Part shown: positions 24,579 to 33,075 of the stretch, piece by piece
Layout: every line of letters begins with the position of its first letter
How positions within the stretch are numbered: position 1 is the first letter of the stretch
From: a virus
IMG/VR virus record: IMGVR_UViG_3300044701_001468
Reading direction: 5' to 3' (one strand)
DNA length: 64,000 nucleotides
The notes under the pieces: model-generated
The model's input: the letters and a program-made list of their open reading frames with translations, nothing else
Told to the model about the DNA's origin: nothing
Databases searched by the model: none
Program-made: the position numbers and the translations under genes

Positions 24579-24652
24579 CGTCTTGGGAGGGACTCGAACC
24601 CCCGACCAACTCATTAGAAGTGAGTGGCTCTATCCATCTGAGCTACCAAGAC
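24579..24652 (-). tRNA. tRNA-Arg(TCT)
   Basis: ACTCA-CTTCTAA-TGAGT. Confidence 0.95.
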
Positions 24653-24710
24653 AGGTGAAGGGTAGGAATTACACAGAGTTTGGACCCCTGTTACCCGTGC
24701 CTTCCATAGT

Positions 24711-24739
24711 ATTATATCACTCTTTAGGGCAGGTGTCAA
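24711..24739 (-). promoter_or_regulatory. Consensus sigma70 promoter (tRNA-Arg...porin operon)
   Basis: TTGACA-17 nt-TATAAT. Confidence 0.9.
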
Positions 24740-25124
24740 GCCATGGAGCACACAACCTCATGGGTGGGGCGAGTGCCTTGCACTCATCACTATAACATAA
24801 TGTTTCGTCGTTCTTCTCTTCTATATAGCGAGGTTTTGATACCTCTGCTTTTGATAATCCTGTTTGTTTCCAGTAATCATCTATTGCTCTGTCAACATCT
24901 CTTGTTATTCTTCTGTTTAGTTTCTCAGGATCTTTAAGTATAAACTCATTAAGTATAGTTTGTGGGAAATATTTTCTTTGAATCTCGTCCAGTAAATCCC
25001 AAAGTCCATTTTCAGATACTCCTGTACATTGTGAGAGTGCTGCAATAATAGAAGATAATACGATACCGATTATCGCGTATTGTTTTATATCTGGTTTCTT
25101 TTTGCCAAAATTAAAGTTAATCAT
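24717..25124 (-). CDS. Conserved cyanophage membrane-anchored protein
   Basis: TM helix, C-terminal CY..EC..L.PPMRLC motif. Confidence 0.7.
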   Translation of the reverse strand: MINFNFGKKKPDIKQYAIIGIVLSSIIAALSQCTGVSENGLWDLLDEIQRKYFPQTILNEFILKDPEKLNRRITRDVDRAIDDYWKQTGLSKAEVSKPRYIEEKNDETLCYSDECKALAPPMRLCAPWLDTCPKE

Positions 25125-25633
25125 TCTCCCCAAATCTGTATGGTAATTCTAAAAGAAGGGGAAGAAGAAGATACTGGAGTAACCAAATGTAATTGTCTTT
25201 CGTCGTTAACTACTAATGTTTTTCCCTGGGGTATCAATCCCAAACAATTACCATGTTCCAGATCTTGCATAGTTTCATACCACAAAAAAATGCCTCCCCA
25301 GTTAACATGCCAAGAATTATTTAAATATAAAGTTGCGCCAAATTTATATGTATGATCGTCATGTAATGATATTCCAGAATTATACTGCCAAACATAAAAT
25401 TGAAGTATTAAATTCTGATGTTCTGGTAGGTATTGTTTTATCTGATGTTCTATTTGTTTTGATAAATCAGCACTAACATCACATGATATACAACTACCTA
25501 CAATATTACTTCTAACAACTTCTGGCCACCCAATACTACTAGATGTCCACACTCTTTTTTGAGAATTTTGTTTTATCTCTTGTATACATTCTTGCTGTAA
25601 ATTATCACTTATTGCATTATTAAAAATTTTCAT
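25121..25633 (-). CDS. 2OG-Fe(II) oxygenase
   Basis: LHDD, ATLYLNNSWHVNWGG, HLVTPV..RITIQ. Confidence 0.85.
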   Translation of the reverse strand: MKIFNNAISDNLQQECIQEIKQNSQKRVWTSSSIGWPEVVRSNIVGSCISCDVSADLSKQIEHQIKQYLPEHQNLILQFYVWQYNSGISLHDDHTYKFGATLYLNNSWHVNWGGIFLWYETMQDLEHGNCLGLIPQGKTLVVNDERQLHLVTPVSSSSPSFRITIQIWGE

Positions 25634-25672
25634 AATGTAAGGGGGGATTATCCCCCCTATTTATTCAGTTTT

Positions 25673-26302
25673 TTAAACTTCTACCGTAATCAGTTTGTTG
25701 GCATATTCATAGGCATAATGTGTACGGGCACCATGAATACCCCAACCAATCCAACTGTACGCATAGTTCATGTAACGATCAATAGACTTACCAGGAGTTT
25801 TCATTCTGTCTTCGATTCGTTTCCATTGAACTTCATTCGTAAGATAACGAAGTTGCGTTGGAAGTGTTGATGGTGAACCACCAAACTTCTTAGCGAAATC
25901 ACCCAATCCATAATAACGATCGGCAGATGTCCATTGGATCAGACCATAACCACGACCGCAGTGATGGTACTGAGTCCTACTACCACCTTCACAAATATTA
26001 GGCACGAACATAGATTCCTGCTTAATGTTGCCCAGGATAGTAGCAAGGGCGTTTCTGTCTTTAATTCCTTGCTCTTGGAAATAATCCACAGCAAGTTGTT
26101 CATGTTCTGAACACCCTTTACAAATTAGCCTTTTCTCTTTTGGCTTTTCGGGAGCAACCTCTCGGGTCGCTGTCGTTTCAAACTCCTTAATAACAGAAAA
26201 CGGCGCTGGAGGCGTCGTCAAGGGAGGAAAGATCGGCAGTGTTGCCACATTGGTTGTAACCGATGCCAGAAGGGGCAGGGCTACAGTAAAGAATTGTTGC
26301 AT
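25673..26302 (-). CDS. Cell-wall hydrolase, phage tail-lysozyme (Phage_lysozyme2)-like
   Basis: Signal-like N-terminus; ATILGNIKQES, GYGLIQWT, TQLRY. Confidence 0.85.
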   Translation of the reverse strand: MQQFFTVALPLLASVTTNVATLPIFPPLTTPPAPFSVIKEFETTATREVAPEKPKEKRLICKGCSEHEQLAVDYFQEQGIKDRNALATILGNIKQESMFVPNICEGGSRTQYHHCGRGYGLIQWTSADRYYGLGDFAKKFGGSPSTLPTQLRYLTNEVQWKRIEDRMKTPGKSIDRYMNYAYSWIGWGIHGARTHYAYEYANKLITVEV

Positions 26303-26402
26303 TAATTTTAATAGAACTCTACATCCGTATAGAAGGGGGGTACACCCACCTCTCGGTGGGCACCTTCCACGGCTCTAATGTCACTCACGTTCTCATAACG
26401 AA
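26303..26402 (-). promoter_or_regulatory. Structured 5' leader of the cell-wall hydrolase gene
   Basis: Nested stems CCGT/ACGG, GAAGG/CCTTC, CCCACC-GAGA-GGTGGG. Confidence 0.55.
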
Positions 26403-26408
26403 CAGCAT

Positions 26409-26437
26409 AATATAGCACTTATTTATCAAATTGTCAA
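26409..26437 (-). promoter_or_regulatory. Sigma70-type promoter with embedded late-like GATAAATA
   Basis: TTGACA-17 nt-TATATT. Confidence 0.75.
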
Positions 26438-26440
26438 GGA

Positions 26441-28771
26441 TCAAAATCTGAACTTAACTTTGGCGGCAACGGAATTGCTTGTCAAACCATCAGTAACAGA
26501 ATGAGTTCCCTCTACATATAGTGCTTGTTTGTAATCAATAGAAGCAGTGGCACTATATGAGTTGTCTGTAGAATAGGCACCTTCAACACTCACGCCAATT
26601 ACATCTTTCTTCTTACCACCAAAGCGAGTTTCTAGTTTCAAACCAGCTTCACCAACATGTGTGGTCTGGTTGAACGCTTCGACACTTCTTGCTGATTCTG
26701 GAGAACCAGTTTCAGTATAAGCATTTCTTCGAATGTTAGAAATAGTATAACCTAAGAATGGTTTGATCCAACCAGAGTTATTCAGATATAGTCTGTTATG
26801 AACCCACCATTGTGTTCCTTCTACATTTGCCCAGTTACCAAACATATATTCAACGGTTCTAGCAACATCATATTTGTCTCTAGAAGCACCAGCATTTGTA
26901 ACAAGTGCTACATCTCTGCCATGGAAGCTATTGAATATACCAACATGCTGTCTCTTGAGGTGTGAGATGCTATCCACACCTATCATTTCAGTATAGAGAT
27001 CATTGTATTGTGCTCCAGCAGTCCATCCTTTGGTGATGTCATATTCAAATCCACCACCAAATACTGTAGATTTTGCTTGATAACCATCAGCATTATATGA
27101 ATGCATGAAGCGATTGTTTTCGAATACTCTAAATCTCTTCTTATGATTGGTGATTGGTTCATGATCTAACAGACCATTGATAGCACTGCTGATATTATCA
27201 AGAACTTCTAGTTGATCTATACGACCAAAGTAATCCTTGTAAGTATGGACGACATCTACACTTTCAGAAGACACATAAGTTACAACTGGTGTTCCTTCAG
27301 TTGTAGTTGTAGTTCCATCAGCATATACAATCGTAGTTACTGGAGTTGCGGTTACAGTGGTAACTAATGGAGTTGTGATTTCAGTTGCTACATGAACATT
27401 TACTTTTTGTTTTCCACCATTCTCAGATGAAGCAAACGCATAATCATTTTTATATGTTTGTGGTAACGTAGTTGATTGTGCTGTGCTATATCCTATAGAA
27501 GGAGTAGTGGTTGAAGTAGAATTAAGAACTGTTGCAGTTACTTGTGATGTAGAAGATCCGTTTGATGTTGTTGTGGTTACTACTGGCGTTCCGTTTGAGG
27601 TGGTTGTAGAACCATCAGAATATGTGGTCGTTGTAACTGGAGTTGTAGTTGTAGTTGTTGTAGTAACTGGAGTTGTAGTTTCTATAGTATCAGTATAGTT
27701 CTGAACTACTCCATATCCATTATTGTCAAGATTGCTTACATTATAAGTAACCTGAGCTGTTACTACAACATTTGAAGTTGACGAAGATGTTGATACCTGA
27801 TCTGTCGTAGATGTTCCAGTTACTGTTGGGGCAGGTGGTGGTGTTGGAGTTGGAGGTGTTGGTGGTGTTGGATTTATTGTAGGAGCATTTGGATTGTTGG
27901 GAGCAACAGCACCAAATGGTTGTCCATTTGCTAATGTGGTTCCTGGTTGACTATCAACTAAAAGAACTGGTGATAGTGCAGTATCTCCAAGATTAAATAC
28001 TGCAAATCCTAATAGATAAGCACCAGTTACATCAACTTGATATGTTGAATTCTGCCATCCAGTTGAACCATAAGTTCCTGTAGAGTAATCTCCCGTACCT
28101 GGGTTAGTGAATCCAAGTAACGCATAGTTCTGAACATAGTTGTTGACATTTACAACTGGAGTAGAACCAGTTCCCTGATAAACAAGAGATGTAATAGAAC
28201 CATCGTTGAATGGAACATAATCAGTTCCAATGTAGTTCCATGACATCGTATAAACTTTTCCAGCATCAAGATTTACGCTTTGAGTTAACCATGCGGCATT
28301 AGTTGGATTGGGATTTCCTAGACCTGATGCCTGTTGGTCTTGCTGAAGTTTTGTTTTGATTGCTTGATTTTCTGCAGATGTAAGACCTAATGCAGAAGTT
28401 GCTGCATCGAATGTTGTTGAACCTGTTGGTTGTAATGCAGCACCAGCAGTTCCATATGGAGAGAATGTCCAAGTTGTTGGTGTTGTTGCTGGGGCATGGT
28501 ATGGATTTGGTGATCCATCTGGGAGTGTGGGACTACCCACCGCGCCATGAGAAGGCGCACTAAATGTTACCGATCCGTTGATTGCAGTAACACCAGTTCC
28601 ATTACCAGTGATTGTTCCGTTGGTTAGATTTCCTGGTTGAGATCCCGTATTCCATCCAGATAGAGATCCCCCCTCGAAATCAGTTCCAGTTATTGTATCA
28701 GACAATGCTGCTGTTGGCACTCCAAAAAGAAGCACAGACGCTGCAGCCAGCGCCTTCTGTGTAGTAGACAT
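26441..28771 (-). CDS. Autotransporter-like outer-membrane protein
   Basis: Signal peptide; beta-rich passenger; Pro-rich and Thr-rich linker; C-terminal barrel ending VKFRF. Confidence 0.75.
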   Translation of the reverse strand: MSTTQKALAAASVLLFGVPTAALSDTITGTDFEGGSLSGWNTGSQPGNLTNGTITGNGTGVTAINGSVTFSAPSHGAVGSPTLPDGSPNPYHAPATTPTTWTFSPYGTAGAALQPTGSTTFDAATSALGLTSAENQAIKTKLQQDQQASGLGNPNPTNAAWLTQSVNLDAGKVYTMSWNYIGTDYVPFNDGSITSLVYQGTGSTPVVNVNNYVQNYALLGFTNPGTGDYSTGTYGSTGWQNSTYQVDVTGAYLLGFAVFNLGDTALSPVLLVDSQPGTTLANGQPFGAVAPNNPNAPTINPTPPTPPTPTPPPAPTVTGTSTTDQVSTSSSTSNVVVTAQVTYNVSNLDNNGYGVVQNYTDTIETTTPVTTTTTTTTPVTTTTYSDGSTTTSNGTPVVTTTTSNGSSTSQVTATVLNSTSTTTPSIGYSTAQSTTLPQTYKNDYAFASSENGGKQKVNVHVATEITTPLVTTVTATPVTTIVYADGTTTTTEGTPVVTYVSSESVDVVHTYKDYFGRIDQLEVLDNISSAINGLLDHEPITNHKKRFRVFENNRFMHSYNADGYQAKSTVFGGGFEYDITKGWTAGAQYNDLYTEMIGVDSISHLKRQHVGIFNSFHGRDVALVTNAGASRDKYDVARTVEYMFGNWANVEGTQWWVHNRLYLNNSGWIKPFLGYTISNIRRNAYTETGSPESARSVEAFNQTTHVGEAGLKLETRFGGKKKDVIGVSVEGAYSTDNSYSATASIDYKQALYVEGTHSVTDGLTSNSVAAKVKFRF

Positions 28772-28913
28772 AGAAAATCCGTGATTAGATGAGGACTAAC
28801 AAAAACAGACCGAAGTATGTTTTAGAAGTAAAATACTCACCGAGTCACGGAGACTGGAGATATAGATTCAGACCAGTGAAGCAATATCATTTGCAGTTAC
28901 CACTATTTAGGTT

Positions 28914-29423
28914 ATGTTATTTTTTTTACTAAATACATTTGGTTATTCAAGCCAAAGAACAATGAAAAGATTACTTCTAATCTCTTCGTTATTCTTTATT
29001 ACTCCTGTAAGTGCTGCTGAAATTACATCTAGAATTACTGATTCCGTTCAACTAAATGTCCAGGGTGCTGCGGTACAATCAACTCGAATTGGGGCGTCGT
29101 ATTCTGCTTCGGGTACAAATATTCAATCAACCTCATTTGGTGGGGTAAATGGTGCTGGAAGCTACGACGTTAATACAGCAGGTCAAGCGTTCAGTTTCTC
29201 AGAAACTTTCAATGCTGCTGATACACCAGTCACCACTCAGTCGGTCAGTGGTGGAGTTATTGCTTCTCCCAACCTTTATGGGGATAGTGTTACTCAGTTA
29301 GCAGGGGACAAGGGTTCTCTCGCTGGTACATTATCACCTACTGGTGTTCCTACTGTAACTGCTGGTGGTGCTGGAACTACAGCAACAGGACAACGTAGCG
29401 TTGAACTGAGCGTATTTAAATGA
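28914..29423 (+). CDS. Secreted Gly/Ser/Thr-rich protein
   Basis: Signal peptide (..TPVSA|AEIT); true start probably MKRLL; CTAAATA at 28929. Confidence 0.7.
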   Translation: MLFFLLNTFGYSSQRTMKRLLLISSLFFITPVSAAEITSRITDSVQLNVQGAAVQSTRIGASYSASGTNIQSTSFGGVNGAGSYDVNTAGQAFSFSETFNAADTPVTTQSVSGGVIASPNLYGDSVTQLAGDKGSLAGTLSPTGVPTVTAGGAGTTATGQRSVELSVFK

Positions 29424-29779
29424 GATATATCCTAGCGGGGTTGTTCCTGCTAGGGTTTTCTCAATCTGCCCTAGCGGAAGCAGTGGTCCCTAATTTTACT
29501 AGGGGTACTATTACTGCGACAACAGAAACAACTACAAAGATTGTAGAAACTATACGTCAAGTTGAATATACAACTGGCACATCATATACTGTGACTGGAA
29601 CTAATATTAACATTCCTGGCACTCCACAACAAGGAGCAAATTACACTATCCAAACTCAAGGTGCTCCCTTCCAGTTCAGTGAAACTTATCTCGGACCTGG
29701 AGTGGCAAAAGAAACATGGATAGACAGAACAACAGAACAACAATCTACCACAAACTCGGTATCTGTCTTTACGCAGTAG
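29420..29779 (+). CDS. Secreted protein
   Basis: Signal peptide (SQSALA|EAVVPNFT). Confidence 0.75.
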   Translation: MRYILAGLFLLGFSQSALAEAVVPNFTRGTITATTETTTKIVETIRQVEYTTGTSYTVTGTNINIPGTPQQGANYTIQTQGAPFQFSETYLGPGVAKETWIDRTTEQQSTTNSVSVFTQ

Positions 29780-30309
29780 GATTGTATGTATCGCCTGTGC
29801 TGGCTCAAACAGCTCCTAGTAATACTAATATTGCTGGCCCTAGTGCTAGTGCTACTGGAAACGTTACAAACCAAGCGGTCCAAGTTTTACAAGGGCCGTA
29901 TGCTCTTAATACATACGGAGCGGGGGTTAGTTGTCAGGGGCCCACTATGAGTGTTGCCCCATTCATATTAGGTAACCTGAATGGCAGTAAAGATCCACAA
30001 ACATTTCAATCATACACTGGTAATGGTGGAGTTAGTATGGGATTTAATTTTCCATTAGATGGAGGATTAACTGAATTATGTAAAGAAAGAGCAAGAGTAG
30101 AAATCAAAAGGCAGAACGCAGAAGCAGATAAAGCACGTTTAGATTTTGAATTAGTTAGATTACTTAAATGTGGTGAAGCAATTAAATCTGGTGTAACATT
30201 TCACAACGATTCTCCTTACGCTAGGATATGTTCGGATGTAGTTGTGCGGTATCCACAGATAAATACTACGTTAACTGCGCCACAAAATAATGGCCAAGTC
30301 AAAAAATAA
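29716..30309 (+). CDS. Secreted protein
   Basis: SPVLA|QT; GVSCQGPT, ELCK, LLKCG motifs. Confidence 0.7.
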   Translation: MDRQNNRTTIYHKLGICLYAVGLYVSPVLAQTAPSNTNIAGPSASATGNVTNQAVQVLQGPYALNTYGAGVSCQGPTMSVAPFILGNLNGSKDPQTFQSYTGNGGVSMGFNFPLDGGLTELCKERARVEIKRQNAEADKARLDFELVRLLKCGEAIKSGVTFHNDSPYARICSDVVVRYPQINTTLTAPQNNGQVKK

Positions 30310-30397
30310 AGGCAGTAATAAAGCAGCCAAGAAACCTAAACAGAATCAAGGTAATGCCACTGCTAAAAAAGCAAAGAATGGTGGTAAGAAAAAGTGA
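30290..30397 (+). CDS. 35 aa Lys-rich basic peptide
   Basis: MAKSKNKGSNKAAKKPKQNQGNATAKKAKNGGKKK. Confidence 0.6.
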   Translation: MAKSKNKGSNKAAKKPKQNQGNATAKKAKNGGKKK

Positions 30398-30403
30398 GGT
30401 ATT

Positions 30404-30604
30404 ATGCCAAGAGAATGGAATACTCCTATTCGGGAACCTTGGAATCCTGTAATTAAAAAGTGCCTTGATGCTGTTGATGAACACATCAGGCAACACATTA
30501 AAACAGGAGATGACTGGCATTTATCACAAGCAGAAACATTAAGAAAATATGTAAAAGATTTGAAAGTTTGGATACATAAAGAAGAAGGATGGTGGAACGA
30601 ATGA
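30404..30604 (+). CDS. Conserved cyanophage hypothetical protein
   Basis: MPREWNTPIREPWN; GAGG RBS. Confidence 0.75.
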   Translation: MPREWNTPIREPWNPVIKKCLDAVDEHIRQHIKTGDDWHLSQAETLRKYVKDLKVWIHKEEGWWNE

Positions 30605-30795
30605 AATACATAGCATCAAGAGAAGTATTTGGTAGTGATTGTTTATACTTCCAAGACAACGAAAACGATTCTCCTAAGTGGACTGGAGATATTTCAAAGG
30701 CAATGAGATTTGATACGGCAGAAGATGCCGTAACAAAATCAGATCGTACTGGCGTGTATGTAGACGCTATCACAGCAATGCAGGTATCAGAATGA
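30589..30795 (+). CDS. Hypothetical protein
   Basis: 68 aa in plus-strand operon. Confidence 0.55.
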   Translation: MVERMKYIASREVFGSDCLYFQDNENDSPKWTGDISKAMRFDTAEDAVTKSDRTGVYVDAITAMQVSE

Positions 30796-31004
30796 AATAC
30801 TTAACATTAGCATTATCAGTTACAAGTTTAGCAATCAGTGCTGCTATTGGTGTCGGTGCTTACATGACATATCAAAAAGCACAAAAGATTCTAGATAATC
30901 CAGAAGCATTTGTCGGTGCTGTTGTAGAGAAGCAAGTAACAAAAGCATTTGAAAAACTACCTATTCCCAAACTAAATACAGAGAAGTTTAAACTCCCATT
31001 CTAA
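30792..31004 (+). CDS. Membrane-anchored hypothetical protein
   Basis: N-terminal TM helix. Confidence 0.65.
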   Translation: MKYLTLALSVTSLAISAAIGVGAYMTYQKAQKILDNPEAFVGAVVEKQVTKAFEKLPIPKLNTEKFKLPF

Positions 31005-31417
31005 TGGCTGACAAAGATCCTTACGTCTATAGAATACGTTCAGTACACAAGGTAGTAGATGGCGACACTATTGATGCTGACATTGATCTTGGTTTTGATA
31101 TCTCCCTTACTAAGCGAATTCGTCTTGCTGGTATCGATACCCCAGAGAGCAGGACAACTGATGCGTATGAAAAGAAACTTGGTCTTGAGGTTAAAGAATG
31201 GCTCAAGGAAAGATTGAAGTTTGCTAAAGATATTCTAATCAAGACCGAACTTCCAGATAGCACAGAGAAGTATGGTCGTATCATCGGTCATCTGTATATC
31301 AATGGTGAAGAAGTTTCCGTCAACAATCAAATGATTGCTGACGGATATGCTTGGGAATATGATGGTGGCACTAAGAAAAAAGATTTCGCTTTACTTGAAT
31401 CTAAGAGAAAGAAATAA
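31004..31417 (+). CDS. Thermonuclease (SNase-like) family nuclease
   Basis: KVVDGDT, IRLAGIDTPE, KYGRIIG. Confidence 0.9.
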   Translation: MADKDPYVYRIRSVHKVVDGDTIDADIDLGFDISLTKRIRLAGIDTPESRTTDAYEKKLGLEVKEWLKERLKFAKDILIKTELPDSTEKYGRIIGHLYINGEEVSVNNQMIADGYAWEYDGGTKKKDFALLESKRKK

Positions 31418-32173
31418 TTATTTTTTCTTTGCTTCTTTATACTGACGTTGCTTCTCAACTTTAAATTCTTTCTTAAGTTTTTTAGCAACTGCTTTCATTT
31501 CTTTTTCTTTTTCAAAAGCAAAGAATAGTTGTAACTCATAATCAGTTAAATCTTTGGATAGAAGTTTCTTGCCACGAATCCAAATTTGATTAGCAATTGG
31601 TTTGAAGAACTTCAACAGAAATTCCACGGCAGACTTGCCTAGGAGCGCCGCTGCGGTCGCTGCCATCGCTGTGGTGCCTGCGAGTGCTACTTCCTTGTTT
31701 GTGGGGATTGGAACCGCTCCTAAGATAGGCACCTGTATCTCCGCTGTTACAGGTTTGTCTATAGTAGGTTGGTCAGTAGTTAACTCTGATTTATCTTGTG
31801 GTTGAACAGCATTAATTGCTGGCATTACTGGTGGTGGAGAATCAGGAAGTTTTCTTTCTTTCTCTTCCTTCTCTTGCTGTTCTTTTTGTTTCTCTGCTCG
31901 TACAGCCGCATCAAACTCTTCCTGTGTTGGTACATTAATCACAGGATATTTAATAGAAGGGTTTGGCGCCTCAAATACAGGAAGCGCCAAACCATTGGTA
32001 ACAGGAACCTGAGTTTTAGCTGGCGGTAGTTGCTCTACTATAGTCGGGAGAATCCCCTGCACCGCATTCTGGGCAACCTTCGGTTGCTGTAGCGGCGATA
32101 GTTGGCTCGACTGGAGCTGGGGTATCGACGACGAATTCAGGTTCTGGATTCCTTCCAGCGGGTTTATCGGCAT
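31418..32173 (-). CDS. Pro-rich membrane-associated hypothetical protein
   Basis: 251 aa with hydrophobic segment VALAGTTAMAATAAALLG. Confidence 0.65.
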   Translation of the reverse strand: MPINPLEGIQNLNSSSIPQLQSSQLSPLQQPKVAQNAVQGILPTIVEQLPPAKTQVPVTNGLALPVFEAPNPSIKYPVINVPTQEEFDAAVRAEKQKEQQEKEEKERKLPDSPPPVMPAINAVQPQDKSELTTDQPTIDKPVTAEIQVPILGAVPIPTNKEVALAGTTAMAATAAALLGKSAVEFLLKFFKPIANQIWIRGKKLLSKDLTDYELQLFFAFEKEKEMKAVAKKLKKEFKVEKQRQYKEAKKK

Positions 32174-32369
32174 CTTCTTTATCCTCTCCCTTCTTCAAAG
32201 TATCAACTCCAAAGGTTGCTGCAGCAGCAGTGAATACTGTAGCAATAAATGTAGGGTCCATCTTAGCAAGAAGACCAGCATAACTAGCAGTGAGAAGAGC
32301 AGCACTCCAACTCAAAACACTAATCCTAATAATTGTGCTCATACATTTTTCTCTTTTGTTGTTTTCCAT
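32016..32369 (-). CDS. Two-TM holin-like protein
   Basis: Two hydrophobic helices; directly downstream of the lysozyme gene. Confidence 0.5.
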   Translation of the reverse strand: MENNKREKCMSTIIRISVLSWSAALLTASYAGLLAKMDPTFIATVFTAAAATFGVDTLKKGEDKEDADKPAGRNPEPEFVVDTPAPVEPTIAATATEGCPECGAGDSPDYSRATTAS

Positions 32370-32385
32370 TTGTCCTTATGCGAGG

Positions 32386-33057
32386 TTAACCTTTTTTCCA
32401 AGCTTCACCTTCTGCTTTTCTCCTACGTGCTAGTCCTGCTTCTACATTTGAACCAGGATTTCTGTAGAGGTAAAGCGCATCGGGCACCTTATCCCATTCT
32501 TTATTTTTTAGAACACGAGTGATAGTATTAAAATTATCACCACCATAAAAACCAGCGCCAAGATTATAAGCAAAAGAAAGTAGGGCACCTCTTTTGCCAT
32601 CAGACATCTCATTCCAGTGAGGAATTTTACGAAGTGCTGGAAGAAAGTGATGCTTTGCTTCTTCAATTAATAGTTCATCTGCTTCTGCTTGAGTAATACT
32701 ATCTCCCATGTGGAATGGTTTGCCATTCTTATCTCTGGTCGAACCCCATCCAATCGTGATTGGTAAACCACCAGATAGTGGATCTGGATATGCATTTAAT
32801 CTGCATCCCTCAAATTCCTTAACTAATTTAATGCCCATTTGTGGAACATCATCGCCACCAACTACAGGAGCGGCAGCAGATGATGCTGATACTGGTGCCG
32901 CATTACCCTTTTTTCCTCTATAGATCTCCGCCCAATCAATATTATCTTCTAGATATTTGACAGGTAAGTTATCTTCTAACCACTGAACTGCTTTCACATG
33001 GTTAGCATTCTTCTCATCATAGAATTTGAAGAAGTTGTGTAAATCGATTCTTGCCAT
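32386..33057 (-). CDS. GH24 lysozyme / endolysin
   Basis: KEFEGCRLNAYPD, TIGWG, ALLSFAYNLG, GLARRRKAE. Confidence 0.93.
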   Translation of the reverse strand: MARIDLHNFFKFYDEKNANHVKAVQWLEDNLPVKYLEDNIDWAEIYRGKKGNAAPVSASSAAAPVVGGDDVPQMGIKLVKEFEGCRLNAYPDPLSGGLPITIGWGSTRDKNGKPFHMGDSITQAEADELLIEEAKHHFLPALRKIPHWNEMSDGKRGALLSFAYNLGAGFYGGDNFNTITRVLKNKEWDKVPDALYLYRNPGSNVEAGLARRRKAEGEAWKKG

Positions 33058-33075
33058 TATTGTTCTCCGTTAGTA

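Noticed and set aside
27480-27900. gttgta / ggtgtt low-complexity runs
   Set aside because: Explained by the Thr- and Pro-rich linker of the autotransporter-like protein
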